DNA from: Alphaproteobacteria bacterium
GTDB lineage: Bacteria > Pseudomonadota > Alphaproteobacteria > SP197
Direction: 5' to 3'
NCBI GenBank assembly: GCA_965228895.1
Contig: OZ245842.1
Location: 2,656,001 to 2,720,000, forward strand
Length of the DNA stretch: 64,000 nucleotides
The translations under genes were made by a program, and so were the position numbers. The notes beneath the pieces are model-generated. The model searched no databases, was not told the DNA's origin, and saw nothing but the letters and a program-made list of their open reading frames with translations. Position 1 is the first letter of the stretch, and each line of letters starts with the position of its first letter. Of the stretch, positions 46,789-56,208 are shown one piece after another.

Positions 46789-49700
46789 CTAACGGTCGTG
46801 GGTCGCGCCGTCGATGTCGAACGGTCCGATCTCATCGTTGCTTGGCGCCGTGAAGATACTGCGCAGATAGCCGGGCGCCAGAACCGACAGCGGGTCGACG
46901 CCAACTTCGGGATCGGCATAGGGGCCTTCGACCTGATAGGTCACGGCAAAGATACCGCCGCCTTCGTCACCGCCGGTTAGAATGTCGCCGACAATCGGCA
47001 AGTCGCCCAGGATGCTGTTGACGACATAGGCCGGCACAAGCGTACCGTTTAGACCAATCGTGTTGCCGGCCAGATCGATATCGCCCTCGACCGTGATACC
47101 GATGCCCGGCCCATAAGCTCGCGCGTCGTCGATGGCGACATTATCGTTGCGCTTCTCGAACGGCACCAAAGCGCTGTTGAACACCAGCCCTTCACCCGAC
47201 ACCGCATTGGCAATGCTGGTGAAGGATGCCAGCGACAAGATACGCGCCAGAATGGGCGTCTTGGTCATCGTCACGTCATCGATGCGCATGACGCCGATCA
47301 CCGGCCGGTCAGGATCGGTGTCATCGATGCTCGCACGGATATCGATGGTGCCGCCGCGTGCATCATCGAACAGATCGAACAAGCGCATGGCATCGCCGGC
47401 GTCGCCAGCGGTGTGCGCGAAACGCCGCTCGTTTTCGTCGTGGCGCCAAATGCGCATGGTCATCGGCGCGCCACCGGCAAGCTCGCCGGTCAGGTGCAAC
47501 TCTTCCCAGCGTTCGGCAGCATAATCGGCCTTTATCGCCACCGCGCTCAGGCTGTCGTCGTCACTGAGCCACACACGGTCGATACGCCCCTCCAGATGGA
47601 ACGGCGGGAGTTCGGGACCGCTCGCCGAACTCAAATCGTTCATGTAAGGCACAAGGTCGAGGGCACCGCCATCGACAGCGATGTCATAACCGCCGTCGTC
47701 GCGCGCACTGAGCGAGCCGGCGAGGTCATTGCGGCCGAATGTGACACGCTCGAAGACGAGGCGTTCGAGAGCCAGATTATCGCCCGCAAGCGCGCCGCTA
47801 CCCGCGACGGTGACGTCGTCGGTCGCCAGGTTGAGTCGCTCAATCAGCACCCCGCCGCTGCCGCGATCCAGCAAACGCAACGCAAACCGCCCGCTATCTC
47901 CGGGTGGCTTGTCCAGATTTACGATGGGGAAGACGACCTCGGCAGGTGTCAGATCCACGCTAATGTCCCAGGCTGTCTCGCCGCCCCATGATTCCACCAT
48001 CTGGACATCAAGCGGCATCGCGCCGTCGATCGCGACCATGTCCGACACGCCGAGCGGGTCCAGGGCAGCGCGATCGATGCTGCCACTCAACGACAAGACA
48101 CGCCGCGGCTGCGCATCGGCCAGGAAAGCCTGACGCAGCTCAGCCCTGAACGGTACGCCGCCCAGCGTCATGTCGGCAGAAACCTCCATGCTGGTGTTGT
48201 CGGCGCGTAGCGAGCCCACCGCATCTTCAACACGAATGTCACGGAAACCGGACGGCAGACCGACGCCGCTGATGTCGGCCTGAATCTCGAATGTGACATC
48301 ACGGTTTGAGAGACCGGTCAGGTGCGGCAAACCGACGTCAAGGCGCCCGACGGCGGTCCCGGTCAGGGGCTCACTCCCCAGATCGAGTTCGTCGCCAACG
48401 CCGAGGCTCGGGTGGGTACCAATCTCGACGAGATCGTTCGCCGGTCCCTCAAACGCGAAGCCGATCGCAGTTCGGGAGTTGGCGCTTAGCGGCGCGATGG
48501 AGATCTCTCCCGCGCCGACCGTCAGGTCCAGCAGCGTACCGCCCTGGGTCTCCGCCAGCATCGCGTCATCGGCGATCGTGATCCGGCCATCAACACCGCT
48601 GATCGCCGGCATGTCGCCGTAATAGGTAATCGTGGTGTCCGACACGGTGCCTTCGAACCGGAAATCCTCCAGCGGCAGTTCACCGCGTTCAAGGTCTTCC
48701 AACTTCCAATCGAAGTTAAGAACCACGCTGTCGGCCGTGCCGCCGGACAAATGTTCGATGACCCATTCCCGTGACGACGAGGATGCAGAAAGCGGCCAGT
48801 AATCGGCCAATGCGTCGACCGGCAGGTTTTCGATCGTGACGTTCAAGTCGAAGACACTGTCGGGCCCAAGACCATCAAGCGTCGCATCGCCCGAAACCAG
48901 CGCCCGGTCGGTCACCACATGAAACGCCTGCAGCGTCAGATCGCTCAGGGCTGGCCCGACCTCTCCACGCGCCTCAGCGCTTGAGAACGCGATCGGTGCG
49001 GCAAAGAAACCCGGGAAATTGAGTGCGCCACTGTCGGCCTCCAACGCGAAACGGCCGTCCAGTAGGGCGAGGTCGCGGTCAAGCGTCAGTTGCACGCGGC
49101 CGGAGACCGGCGCTTCGATGCCGGCCAAGGGTTCAAGCCCCGGCACTGCGTCGGCCAGACTCTCGACCGGCACGCTCTGCAAGCCGACATGAGCGACCAT
49201 CAGGCTGTCCTCGCGCCGGTAGACCGCGGAGACGTCGACAGGCACATCGGCCTCATCGAGGCGCACCATAAGATCGCCGACCAGGCGCAGGTCGTCACCC
49301 TCATGACGCAAAACCAGGTCAGCCTGCGGCGCGTTCCAGACGACCCCCAGAGCGAGGTCGTCAATCCAGAGATCCGCATCGACGATACTGACCTGGTGGA
49401 GATCCTGAAGCGCCGGCAAGGCGTCGCCAGCGTCAAGCAGCGCATCCATGATCGCTTCGCCGCCCAGCACGCCTTCGCGATGGTCGATAAGCGCCTCTTC
49501 GCCCTCGGCTGTCCGGTCGGCGCTGATATCGAGCGAAACGGCGCCATCGGCGCTCCGCACGACACGGATCCAGGGCCGAACCACGGTAGCATCGATCGGT
49601 CGAAATTCACCGCGCAGCAAGGGGCCCAAGGCAAGGTCTATGACCACCTCACGGGCCGCGAACGCAGTCTGGCCGTCGACGCCGACGCCCCGCAGGCCGT

Positions 49701-49935
49701 ATCCTTTGACCTCCAGCGTGCCTTCCCAGTCACCCCAGGTCAGGACGGCCTGATCGATACCCAAACGGAACGCGCCGTCGTCACGGTTCAGCGCCGCCTC
49801 CAGGTACGGCGTCACGTTGCCCAGCACGATCGGGCCCTGAGTCAGCCGCCAGGTCAACGCGGCGAGCAGGATCACGGCGATGCCGACCAGCGTGCCGAGC
49901 AGATGGACCACAAATCGAGTTGCGCGGCGGGTCAC
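46789..49935 (-). CDS. AsmA-like / YhdP (DUF3971) envelope protein
   Basis: N-terminal TM then WRL.QGPI; YWP...REW; C-terminal GTLVPAY..NS...PIVG, V.PLS.LAPG. Confidence 0.85.
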   Translation of the reverse strand: MTRRATRFVVHLLGTLVGIAVILLAALTWRLTQGPIVLGNVTPYLEAALNRDDGAFRLGIDQAVLTWGDWEGTLEVKGYGLRGVGVDGQTAFAAREVVIDLALGPLLRGEFRPIDATVVRPWIRVVRSADGAVSLDISADRTAEGEEALIDHREGVLGGEAIMDALLDAGDALPALQDLHQVSIVDADLWIDDLALGVVWNAPQADLVLRHEGDDLRLVGDLMVRLDEADVPVDVSAVYRREDSLMVAHVGLQSVPVESLADAVPGLEPLAGIEAPVSGRVQLTLDRDLALLDGRFALEADSGALNFPGFFAAPIAFSSAEARGEVGPALSDLTLQAFHVVTDRALVSGDATLDGLGPDSVFDLNVTIENLPVDALADYWPLSASSSSREWVIEHLSGGTADSVVLNFDWKLEDLERGELPLEDFRFEGTVSDTTITYYGDMPAISGVDGRITIADDAMLAETQGGTLLDLTVGAGEISIAPLSANSRTAIGFAFEGPANDLVEIGTHPSLGVGDELDLGSEPLTGTAVGRLDVGLPHLTGLSNRDVTFEIQADISGVGLPSGFRDIRVEDAVGSLRADNTSMEVSADMTLGGVPFRAELRQAFLADAQPRRVLSLSGSIDRAALDPLGVSDMVAIDGAMPLDVQMVESWGGETAWDISVDLTPAEVVFPIVNLDKPPGDSGRFALRLLDRGSGGVLIERLNLATDDVTVAGSGALAGDNLALERLVFERVTFGRNDLAGSLSARDDGGYDIAVDGGALDLVPYMNDLSSASGPELPPFHLEGRIDRVWLSDDDSLSAVAIKADYAAERWEELHLTGELAGGAPMTMRIWRHDENERRFAHTAGDAGDAMRLFDLFDDARGGTIDIRASIDDTDPDRPVIGVMRIDDVTMTKTPILARILSLASFTSIANAVSGEGLVFNSALVPFEKRNDNVAIDDARAYGPGIGITVEGDIDLAGNTIGLNGTLVPAYVVNSILGDLPIVGDILTGGDEGGGIFAVTYQVEGPYADPEVGVDPLSVLAPGYLRSIFTAPSNDEIGPFDIDGATHDR

Positions 49936-50001
49936 GAAATTCCAGATACCGATTGAATTTTCATCAACTTAGTCGGTTTCCTCTCCTAACGGCGAGTCTC
50001 T

Positions 50002-52983
50002 ATGATGGACCCTATGCACCTGCCCTACCTTGGCGGACTATCCGACCTGCCGAAGCCCGCCGATGCGGAGCGTGCCGAACGTGGCCGTCTAGCATGGCAC
50101 GACGCCGCTGTCGCGGCAGGTCTTGGCGATCACGCAGAAGCGCTGGCCGCCGACCCGAACGGCCAGGCCCTGATGGCGGCGGTGTTCGGCAACAGCCCCT
50201 ACCTCTCCCGCAGCCTGGAACGGCGACCGTTCCTGCTGACCGAATGGGCCGAACAAGGTCCCGACCCTATAGTGGACGTGGCCCTTGCCGGCCTTCATGA
50301 CAACCGCCAAGAGCGGCCGGAAGCCATGATGAAGGCGCTGCGCGACGCCAGGCGTCACGTTGCCGTCGCCGTCGCCTTGTCCGATATCACGGGATTGTGG
50401 CCACTTCCGCGCATCACGGGCGCGCTCTCCGATTTCGCCGCCGCAGCGATAGACAGCGCTATGGCAAGCCTGCTGAACCAGGCTGCGGCATCAGGGAAAA
50501 TCAGCTTGGTCCACAAAGACGACCCGACACGCGATAGCGGGTTGATCGTGCTGGGCATGGGTAAACTGGGCGGTGGCGAGCTGAATTACTCCAGCGACGT
50601 CGATCTGATCGTCTTGTGGGACGACGAGCGGCTGCAGACAGCCGATGGCGAGGCTCCCCAGGCGATCTGCGTCCGTTTGACCCGCAATCTGGTCAAGATG
50701 CTGGAGGAGCGGACCGCCGATGGCTACGTGCTGCGCACGGATCTGCGGTTGAGGCCCGACCCCGGTGCGACACCCTTGGCGCTTTCTGTCGATGCGGCCG
50801 AACTCTATTACGAGAGTCTGGGCCAGAATTGGGAACGCGCCGCGCTGATCAAGGCGCGACCGGTCGCCGGCGATATCGACGCAGGGAACGCTTTTCTCGA
50901 CCGGCTGACACCCTTCATCTGGCGCCGCCACCTGGATTTCGCGGCGATCCAGGACATTCATTCGATCAAACGGCAAATCCATGCGCATAAGGGCGGCGGC
51001 CAGATTGCGGTCGCCGGACACAACGTCAAGCTGGGACGCGGCGGTATCCGCGAGATCGAGTTCTTCGCGCAGACCCAACAGCTGATCTTTGGCGGCCGCG
51101 AGCGGCAATTGCGTCCGCGCGCGACCTGCGATGCGCTGAACGCGCTCGTCCGGGCAACCCGCATCGACCGGCAGACGGCAGACGATATGATCGATGCCTA
51201 TGGCAAGCTCAGGCGTATCGAACATCGCCTGCAGATGGTCGAGGACGCACAAACCCACTCCTTGCCGGAGAACCCGCATGCCCTCGCCGCCTTCGCGACC
51301 TTTCTTGGCTACCATGACCCCAGCACGTTCGCCGACGACCTGACCGGCATCCTGCGCCGGGTCGAGAGCCACTATGCCGACCTGTTCGAAGAAGCCGAAC
51401 CGTTATCCGGCGGCGGCGATGGCGAGGAGGCCGGCAATCTGGTCTTTACCGGCAACGAAGACGACCCCGACACGCTCGCCACCCTGACGCGTATGGGTTT
51501 CGCCGACGCTGCGGCCATCGCCGCGGTGGTGCGTGGCTGGCACCATGGCCGTGTTCGCGCGACACGCAGCCACCGTGCCCGCGAGATCCTGACCGAGCTG
51601 GTGCCTGATCTGCTGGATGCCTTCGCCGGCGGCGTGAACCCGGATGCCGCACTGATGCGATTCAACGAGTTCCTCGACCACTTGCCGGCCGGCGTGCAGC
51701 TTTTTTCGCTGTTTCAGAGTAATGCCGGTCTGTTCGCGCTGGTCGCCAACATCATGGGTACCGCGCCGCGTCTGGCCGAACACCTGGCCCGCAACCCAAA
51801 TCTGCTGGACCATGTGCTGTCGCCCGACTTCTTTGATCCCTTGCCCGACGCCAAGGTTCTGGAAGCTGACGCCGGCGCCGATCTCGCGTTGGCGCAAGGT
51901 GAAGAAGACCTGCTCGACCGGATCCGCCGGTGGACCCATGATCGGGAGTTTCAGCTTGGTGTGCAGCTCTTGCTGGGCAAGGTGACGCCTAGCGCCGCCG
52001 AACACAGCCTCTCCGATTTGACCGATGCGGCGCTGCGCGCCCTGACGCCACATGTGGCCCATCAATTTGCGCTTCAACACGGCACGATCGCGGGTGGTGG
52101 CATGGCGGTGTTGGCGCTTGGCAAATACGGCAGCCGGGAGCTGAACTTCGGCTCCGATCTTGATCTCGTTTTCATCTATGGCAGCCGCGGCGACGCCGAT
52201 GCCTCGGACGGTCCCAAACCGCTTGCCACCAGCCAGTACTTCATCCGCCTGTGCCAACGCATGCTGAACGCGTTGACCACCATGACCAATGCCGGGCGCC
52301 TGTTCGAGATCGACATGCGGCTACGTCCGTCCGGCAGCGCCGGGCCCCTGGCCTCGGAGGTTTCCGGTTTCCTGCGCTACCAGCGCGACGACGCCTGGAC
52401 ATGGGAACACCTTGCGCTCACCCGGTCACGCATCATCCTGGCGCCTGACTGGCTGGCCCGGGAGATCAACGATGGCATCCGGGCCAAACTGGTTAGTCCC
52501 CGCGACGCCTCTAATCTGGCACGCCACATCGTCGACATGCGCGCGCGGATCGCCAGCCGCCATCCACCGCGCGACCGCTTCGACATCAAGTTCTCCGATG
52601 GCGGGCTGATCGACCTGGACTTCATCGCCCAGTTTCTGGTGCTGCGCTATGCCGACACGCACCCCTCGATCATTGCCAACAACTCCGTTGACGTGTTTGA
52701 GCGCGCCGTCGCGGCGGATCTGATCAATGAGCCTCTGGCACGCGATCTAATCGCCGCGCGGCAGCGTATGCATCAGGTCCAGGGCATCCTGAGGCTGGCC
52801 ATGGCGCAGCCGACCGACGAAGCGCAGTTCCCGCAGGCATTGTGCGACATGCTGGTGCGTATGACGGGCGACGAGTCCTTCGACACCCTGCGACAAGAGC
52901 TTGAAATCGATCAAGCTCGCGTCAAAGAAACGTTCGAGAACCTGATTACCAACATCGTAGCAAAAGAGGACAACGATCCATGA
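50002..52983 (+). CDS. glnE: Bifunctional glutamine synthetase adenylyltransferase/adenylyl-removing enzyme
   Basis: Two nucleotidyltransferase motifs (GMGKLGGGELNYSSDVDL; ALGKYGSRELNFGSDLDL), D.RLRP repeats. Confidence 0.96.
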   Translation: MMDPMHLPYLGGLSDLPKPADAERAERGRLAWHDAAVAAGLGDHAEALAADPNGQALMAAVFGNSPYLSRSLERRPFLLTEWAEQGPDPIVDVALAGLHDNRQERPEAMMKALRDARRHVAVAVALSDITGLWPLPRITGALSDFAAAAIDSAMASLLNQAAASGKISLVHKDDPTRDSGLIVLGMGKLGGGELNYSSDVDLIVLWDDERLQTADGEAPQAICVRLTRNLVKMLEERTADGYVLRTDLRLRPDPGATPLALSVDAAELYYESLGQNWERAALIKARPVAGDIDAGNAFLDRLTPFIWRRHLDFAAIQDIHSIKRQIHAHKGGGQIAVAGHNVKLGRGGIREIEFFAQTQQLIFGGRERQLRPRATCDALNALVRATRIDRQTADDMIDAYGKLRRIEHRLQMVEDAQTHSLPENPHALAAFATFLGYHDPSTFADDLTGILRRVESHYADLFEEAEPLSGGGDGEEAGNLVFTGNEDDPDTLATLTRMGFADAAAIAAVVRGWHHGRVRATRSHRAREILTELVPDLLDAFAGGVNPDAALMRFNEFLDHLPAGVQLFSLFQSNAGLFALVANIMGTAPRLAEHLARNPNLLDHVLSPDFFDPLPDAKVLEADAGADLALAQGEEDLLDRIRRWTHDREFQLGVQLLLGKVTPSAAEHSLSDLTDAALRALTPHVAHQFALQHGTIAGGGMAVLALGKYGSRELNFGSDLDLVFIYGSRGDADASDGPKPLATSQYFIRLCQRMLNALTTMTNAGRLFEIDMRLRPSGSAGPLASEVSGFLRYQRDDAWTWEHLALTRSRIILAPDWLAREINDGIRAKLVSPRDASNLARHIVDMRARIASRHPPRDRFDIKFSDGGLIDLDFIAQFLVLRYADTHPSIIANNSVDVFERAVAADLINEPLARDLIAARQRMHQVQGILRLAMAQPTDEAQFPQALCDMLVRMTGDESFDTLRQELEIDQARVKETFENLITNIVAKEDNDP

Positions 52984-53450
52984 GTGGCCCCGAACCCGGC
53001 GACAAGGCACCCGCCTTCAAGGCACCCACCGATGGCGACGGCACCGTCGAGCTGGCCAAACTGAAAGGCCAGAATGTCATCGTGTATTTCTATCCCAAGG
53101 ACGATACGCCGGGGTGCACCAAGGAAGCCTGCGCGTTTCGCGATCAACTGCCCGATTTTACCAAGGCCGATGCGGTGATCCTTGGCGTGTCGCGCGACAC
53201 CGTCAAGAAACATGACAAGTTCAAAGCCAAATACGATCTGCCCTTTACGCTCGTGTCGGACGAAGACGGTGCGATCACGGAGGCGTACGGAACTTGGGTC
53301 GAGAAGAGCATGTATGGGCGCACCTACATGGGCATCGAACGCGCGACCTTTCTGATCGACAAGAAAGGTGTCGTGCGCGAGGTCTGGCGCAAGGTGAAGG
53401 TCAAAGGCCATTCAGACGCCGTTCTCGAGGCGGTCAAGGAGCTCGCCTGA
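52980..53450 (+). CDS. bcp: Thioredoxin-dependent thiol peroxidase
   Basis: YFYPKDDTPGCTKEAC; ATGA overlap with glnE. Confidence 0.94.
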   Translation: MSGPEPGDKAPAFKAPTDGDGTVELAKLKGQNVIVYFYPKDDTPGCTKEACAFRDQLPDFTKADAVILGVSRDTVKKHDKFKAKYDLPFTLVSDEDGAITEAYGTWVEKSMYGRTYMGIERATFLIDKKGVVREVWRKVKVKGHSDAVLEAVKELA

Positions 53451-53458
53451 CGGTGGCG

Positions 53459-54247
53459 ATGGGCTACCGCAGCGCGGCGGTTGCCGCGCTGCGGACAGAC
53501 GAACCGAAAGTCAAGGCTGCGGCGGCGCATGCCATGGCCGCGGCATGGCGCGACAACGGGCGCGAACCGGGATCAGGCGTGGCGCCCGATCGCCCGGCTC
53601 GTCCGGACCGACCGGTCCTGACACGGCCTGGCGACATGCCGAAACGCCGTGCGCTCACCACGCGCGCCGGCCAGGTTGCCCTGCTGCATGCCCTCGCGCA
53701 TATCGAGTTCAACGCCATCGACCTTGCCTGCGACATGATCGCCCGTTTCGACGGCATGCCGCCGGCGTTCTATGGCGATTGGATTGGCGTTGCCGACGAC
53801 GAAGCGCGGCATTTTCAGATGCTGCGCGACCGCTTGCACAGCTTGGACGCCGACTATGGCGACCTGGCGGCCCATGACGGTTTGTGGCAGGCCGCCGACG
53901 ACACACGCGACGACCTGCTCGCCCGCCTGGCCGTTGTGCCGCTGGTTCTCGAAGCACGCGGGCTCGACGTCACGCCGGCCATGATTGCGCGGCTGAAACG
54001 TGCCGGTGATCATGACAGCGTTGCCATACTGGAGATCATCTACCGCGAGGAAATCGACCACGTCGCCGCCGGCAGTCGCTGGTTCCGCTATGTCTGCGAA
54101 CAGCGCGACCTGGATCCCGAGCCGACATGGCGCGACATCGTCCGATCGCGATTCAAAGGCGCTCTGAAACCGCCATTCAATGAGCAAGCTCGGCAGGCCG
54201 CCGGACTACCACGCGCCTTTTATGAGGCGCTCAGCCCTTCGGCGTGA
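53459..54247 (+). CDS. Ferritin-like domain protein (DUF455)
   Basis: LHALAHIEFNAIDLA, DEARHF, AHDGLW, LEARGLD, EEIDHV. Confidence 0.9.
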   Translation: MGYRSAAVAALRTDEPKVKAAAAHAMAAAWRDNGREPGSGVAPDRPARPDRPVLTRPGDMPKRRALTTRAGQVALLHALAHIEFNAIDLACDMIARFDGMPPAFYGDWIGVADDEARHFQMLRDRLHSLDADYGDLAAHDGLWQAADDTRDDLLARLAVVPLVLEARGLDVTPAMIARLKRAGDHDSVAILEIIYREEIDHVAAGSRWFRYVCEQRDLDPEPTWRDIVRSRFKGALKPPFNEQARQAAGLPRAFYEALSPSA

Positions 54248-54878
54248 TGCGATAAGCGCAACGCCGCGCGCCGGCCAAGATATGGCTCGTGCGCTCGACC
54301 GTCACCTTGTCGCCGAGGGCGCCTTGGAAGACTTCCAGCTCCGACCGGCACAAGCCCTGACAGACCTTTGCCGCAGCACAGATCGGACAGTGGTTTTCGG
54401 CCAGAATGTAGCTGCCGTCATCCTGGTTCTCCCACTCCGCCATGTAGCCTTCCTGGCTGCGCAGCTCGGCCAGTTGTGCGACGCGCTGCTCGACCGAGCG
54501 GCAGCCGTTCAGGCTCTTGCGGTAGCTCTCAAGCGTCTCGTCGGTGCGCGCGGCGATCAACCGATCAAGGCCGTCGGCGCCGAAGACTTTTTCGACGCTC
54601 TCCAGCATCGCTACGGTCAACTCGCTGTGGCTGTCGGGAAATCGGCCGTTACCTGTTTCGGTCAGATGCCAATGGCGGGATGGGCGCCCGACGCCTGCCC
54701 GCTCGTCGCGAAAGCTAACGAGATCTTCTTCCTGAAGCCGGTAGAGGTGCTGACGCACACCCATGGCCGTGATGCTGAGGCGTTCGCCCAAGGCCTGGGC
54801 GGTCATCTCGCCCTTGGTCTTGAGTAAAAACAGGATGCGATCCTGTGTTGATCGTTGGTCAGCGGTCATAGCGCTCAT
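54231..54878 (-). CDS. Winged-HTH metalloregulator, SufR-like
   Basis: VRQHL HTH, GRP, ENHCPIC...C..LC..E, RRCAY. Confidence 0.82.
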   Translation of the reverse strand: MSAMTADQRSTQDRILFLLKTKGEMTAQALGERLSITAMGVRQHLYRLQEEDLVSFRDERAGVGRPSRHWHLTETGNGRFPDSHSELTVAMLESVEKVFGADGLDRLIAARTDETLESYRKSLNGCRSVEQRVAQLAELRSQEGYMAEWENQDDGSYILAENHCPICAAAKVCQGLCRSELEVFQGALGDKVTVERTSHILAGARRCAYRITPKG

Positions 54879-54958
54879 GCGTAGCGGAGCTAAGAAAAAC
54901 TAGCATTTTCTTTCTAAATTGTCGAAGGGATGATGACGCCAGTCCAGTGCGTTATCGA

Positions 54959-56093
54959 TCAATTCGCCGATGCGGCCTCCTGGCCATCGCCGTCGGCGCC
55001 GATGCGCGACGCCAGTGCGGCGGAAATGAACGCGTCGATATCGCCGTCCAGTACCGCATCCGTGTTGCTGGTTTCAACCCCCGTGCGCAGGTCCTTCACC
55101 ATGCGGTAGGGCTGCAGCACGTAGGAACGGATCTGATGACCCCAGCCGATGTCGGACTTCTCGGCGTTGGCCGCCTGGGCCGCCTCTTCACGCTCCCTGA
55201 GTTCGCGTTCGTAGAGCCTGGACCGCAACATCGCCATGGCTTCGGCGCGGTTGCGGTGCTGCGACCGGTTGTTCTGGCATTGCACGACGATACCGCTCGG
55301 CAAATGGGTCAGACGAATAGCGCTGTCTGTTTTGTTGACGTGCTGACCGCCGGCGCCGGACGCGCGATAGGTGTCGACGCGCAGATCCTTGTCGTCGATC
55401 TCAACTTCGATGGTGTCGTCGATGACCGGCGAGATATCGACGCTGGCAAAACTGGTATGGCGGCGCGATTGTGAATCGTAGGGCGAAATGCGCACCAGCC
55501 GGTGAACGCCGGTTTCCGTCTTCGCCCAACCATAGGCGTTGAGGCCGCTGATCTTGACCGTGGCCGACTTGATGCCCGCCTCCTCGCCCGCGCTCGCTTC
55601 GATCGCCTCGACCTTGTAGCCGCGCCGCTCGGCCCAGCGCACATACATGCGCAGCAGCATCTCGGCCCAGTCCTGGCTCTCGGTGCCGCCGGCCCCGGCA
55701 TGCACCTCCAGGTAACAGTCGTTGGCATCGGCTTCGCCGGACAACAAGCTCTCAACACGGATCTTGTCGGACTTGGCGGCCAACGCTTGAAGCGCCTTGA
55801 AGGCGTCCTCGACCAGCTGTTCTTCGCCCTCGGCTTCAGCCAGTTCGGCGAGTTCCATGTTGTCGTTGAGTGCGGTCTCCATTTCGCGCACGGCATCAAT
55901 GGCGCCGGTCAAGCGCGTGCGTTCGCGCATCACCTTCTGGGCGCGCTCGGGATCGTTCCAGAGCTCGGGGTCTTGAGCGAGGTGCTCGATTTCGTCGAGG
56001 CGGACTAGGGCATTATCCCAGTCAAAGATGCCTCCGTACGAGGTGGAGGGAAGCTTCGATGCTGGCGCTCAATTCCTGCATATCCGCACGCAT
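54959..56093 (-). CDS. prfB: Peptide chain release factor 2; join of 56025-56093 and 54959-56023 via +1 frameshift
   Basis: SPY anticodon-mimic tripeptide, GAGGQHVN; 23-codon first [12 protein letters not shown]...RRHL ending CTT TGA C. Confidence 0.96.
56021..56035 (-). other. Programmed +1 ribosomal frameshift site of prfB
   Basis: Minus strand GGAGG CAT CTT TGA C: internal SD, 3-nt spacer, slippery CTT-TGA. Confidence 0.93.
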
Positions 56094-56208
56094 GGCACTC
56101 TCCGTTTACGTTTCGCGCGGCAACCTGACGATGTGCCGCCGCCGCGTCAAGCCTGCTTGTCCGCACGCACGCCAATTCAATCGGTTGGTCAGTTTCTGTA
56201 GGCTGCGG

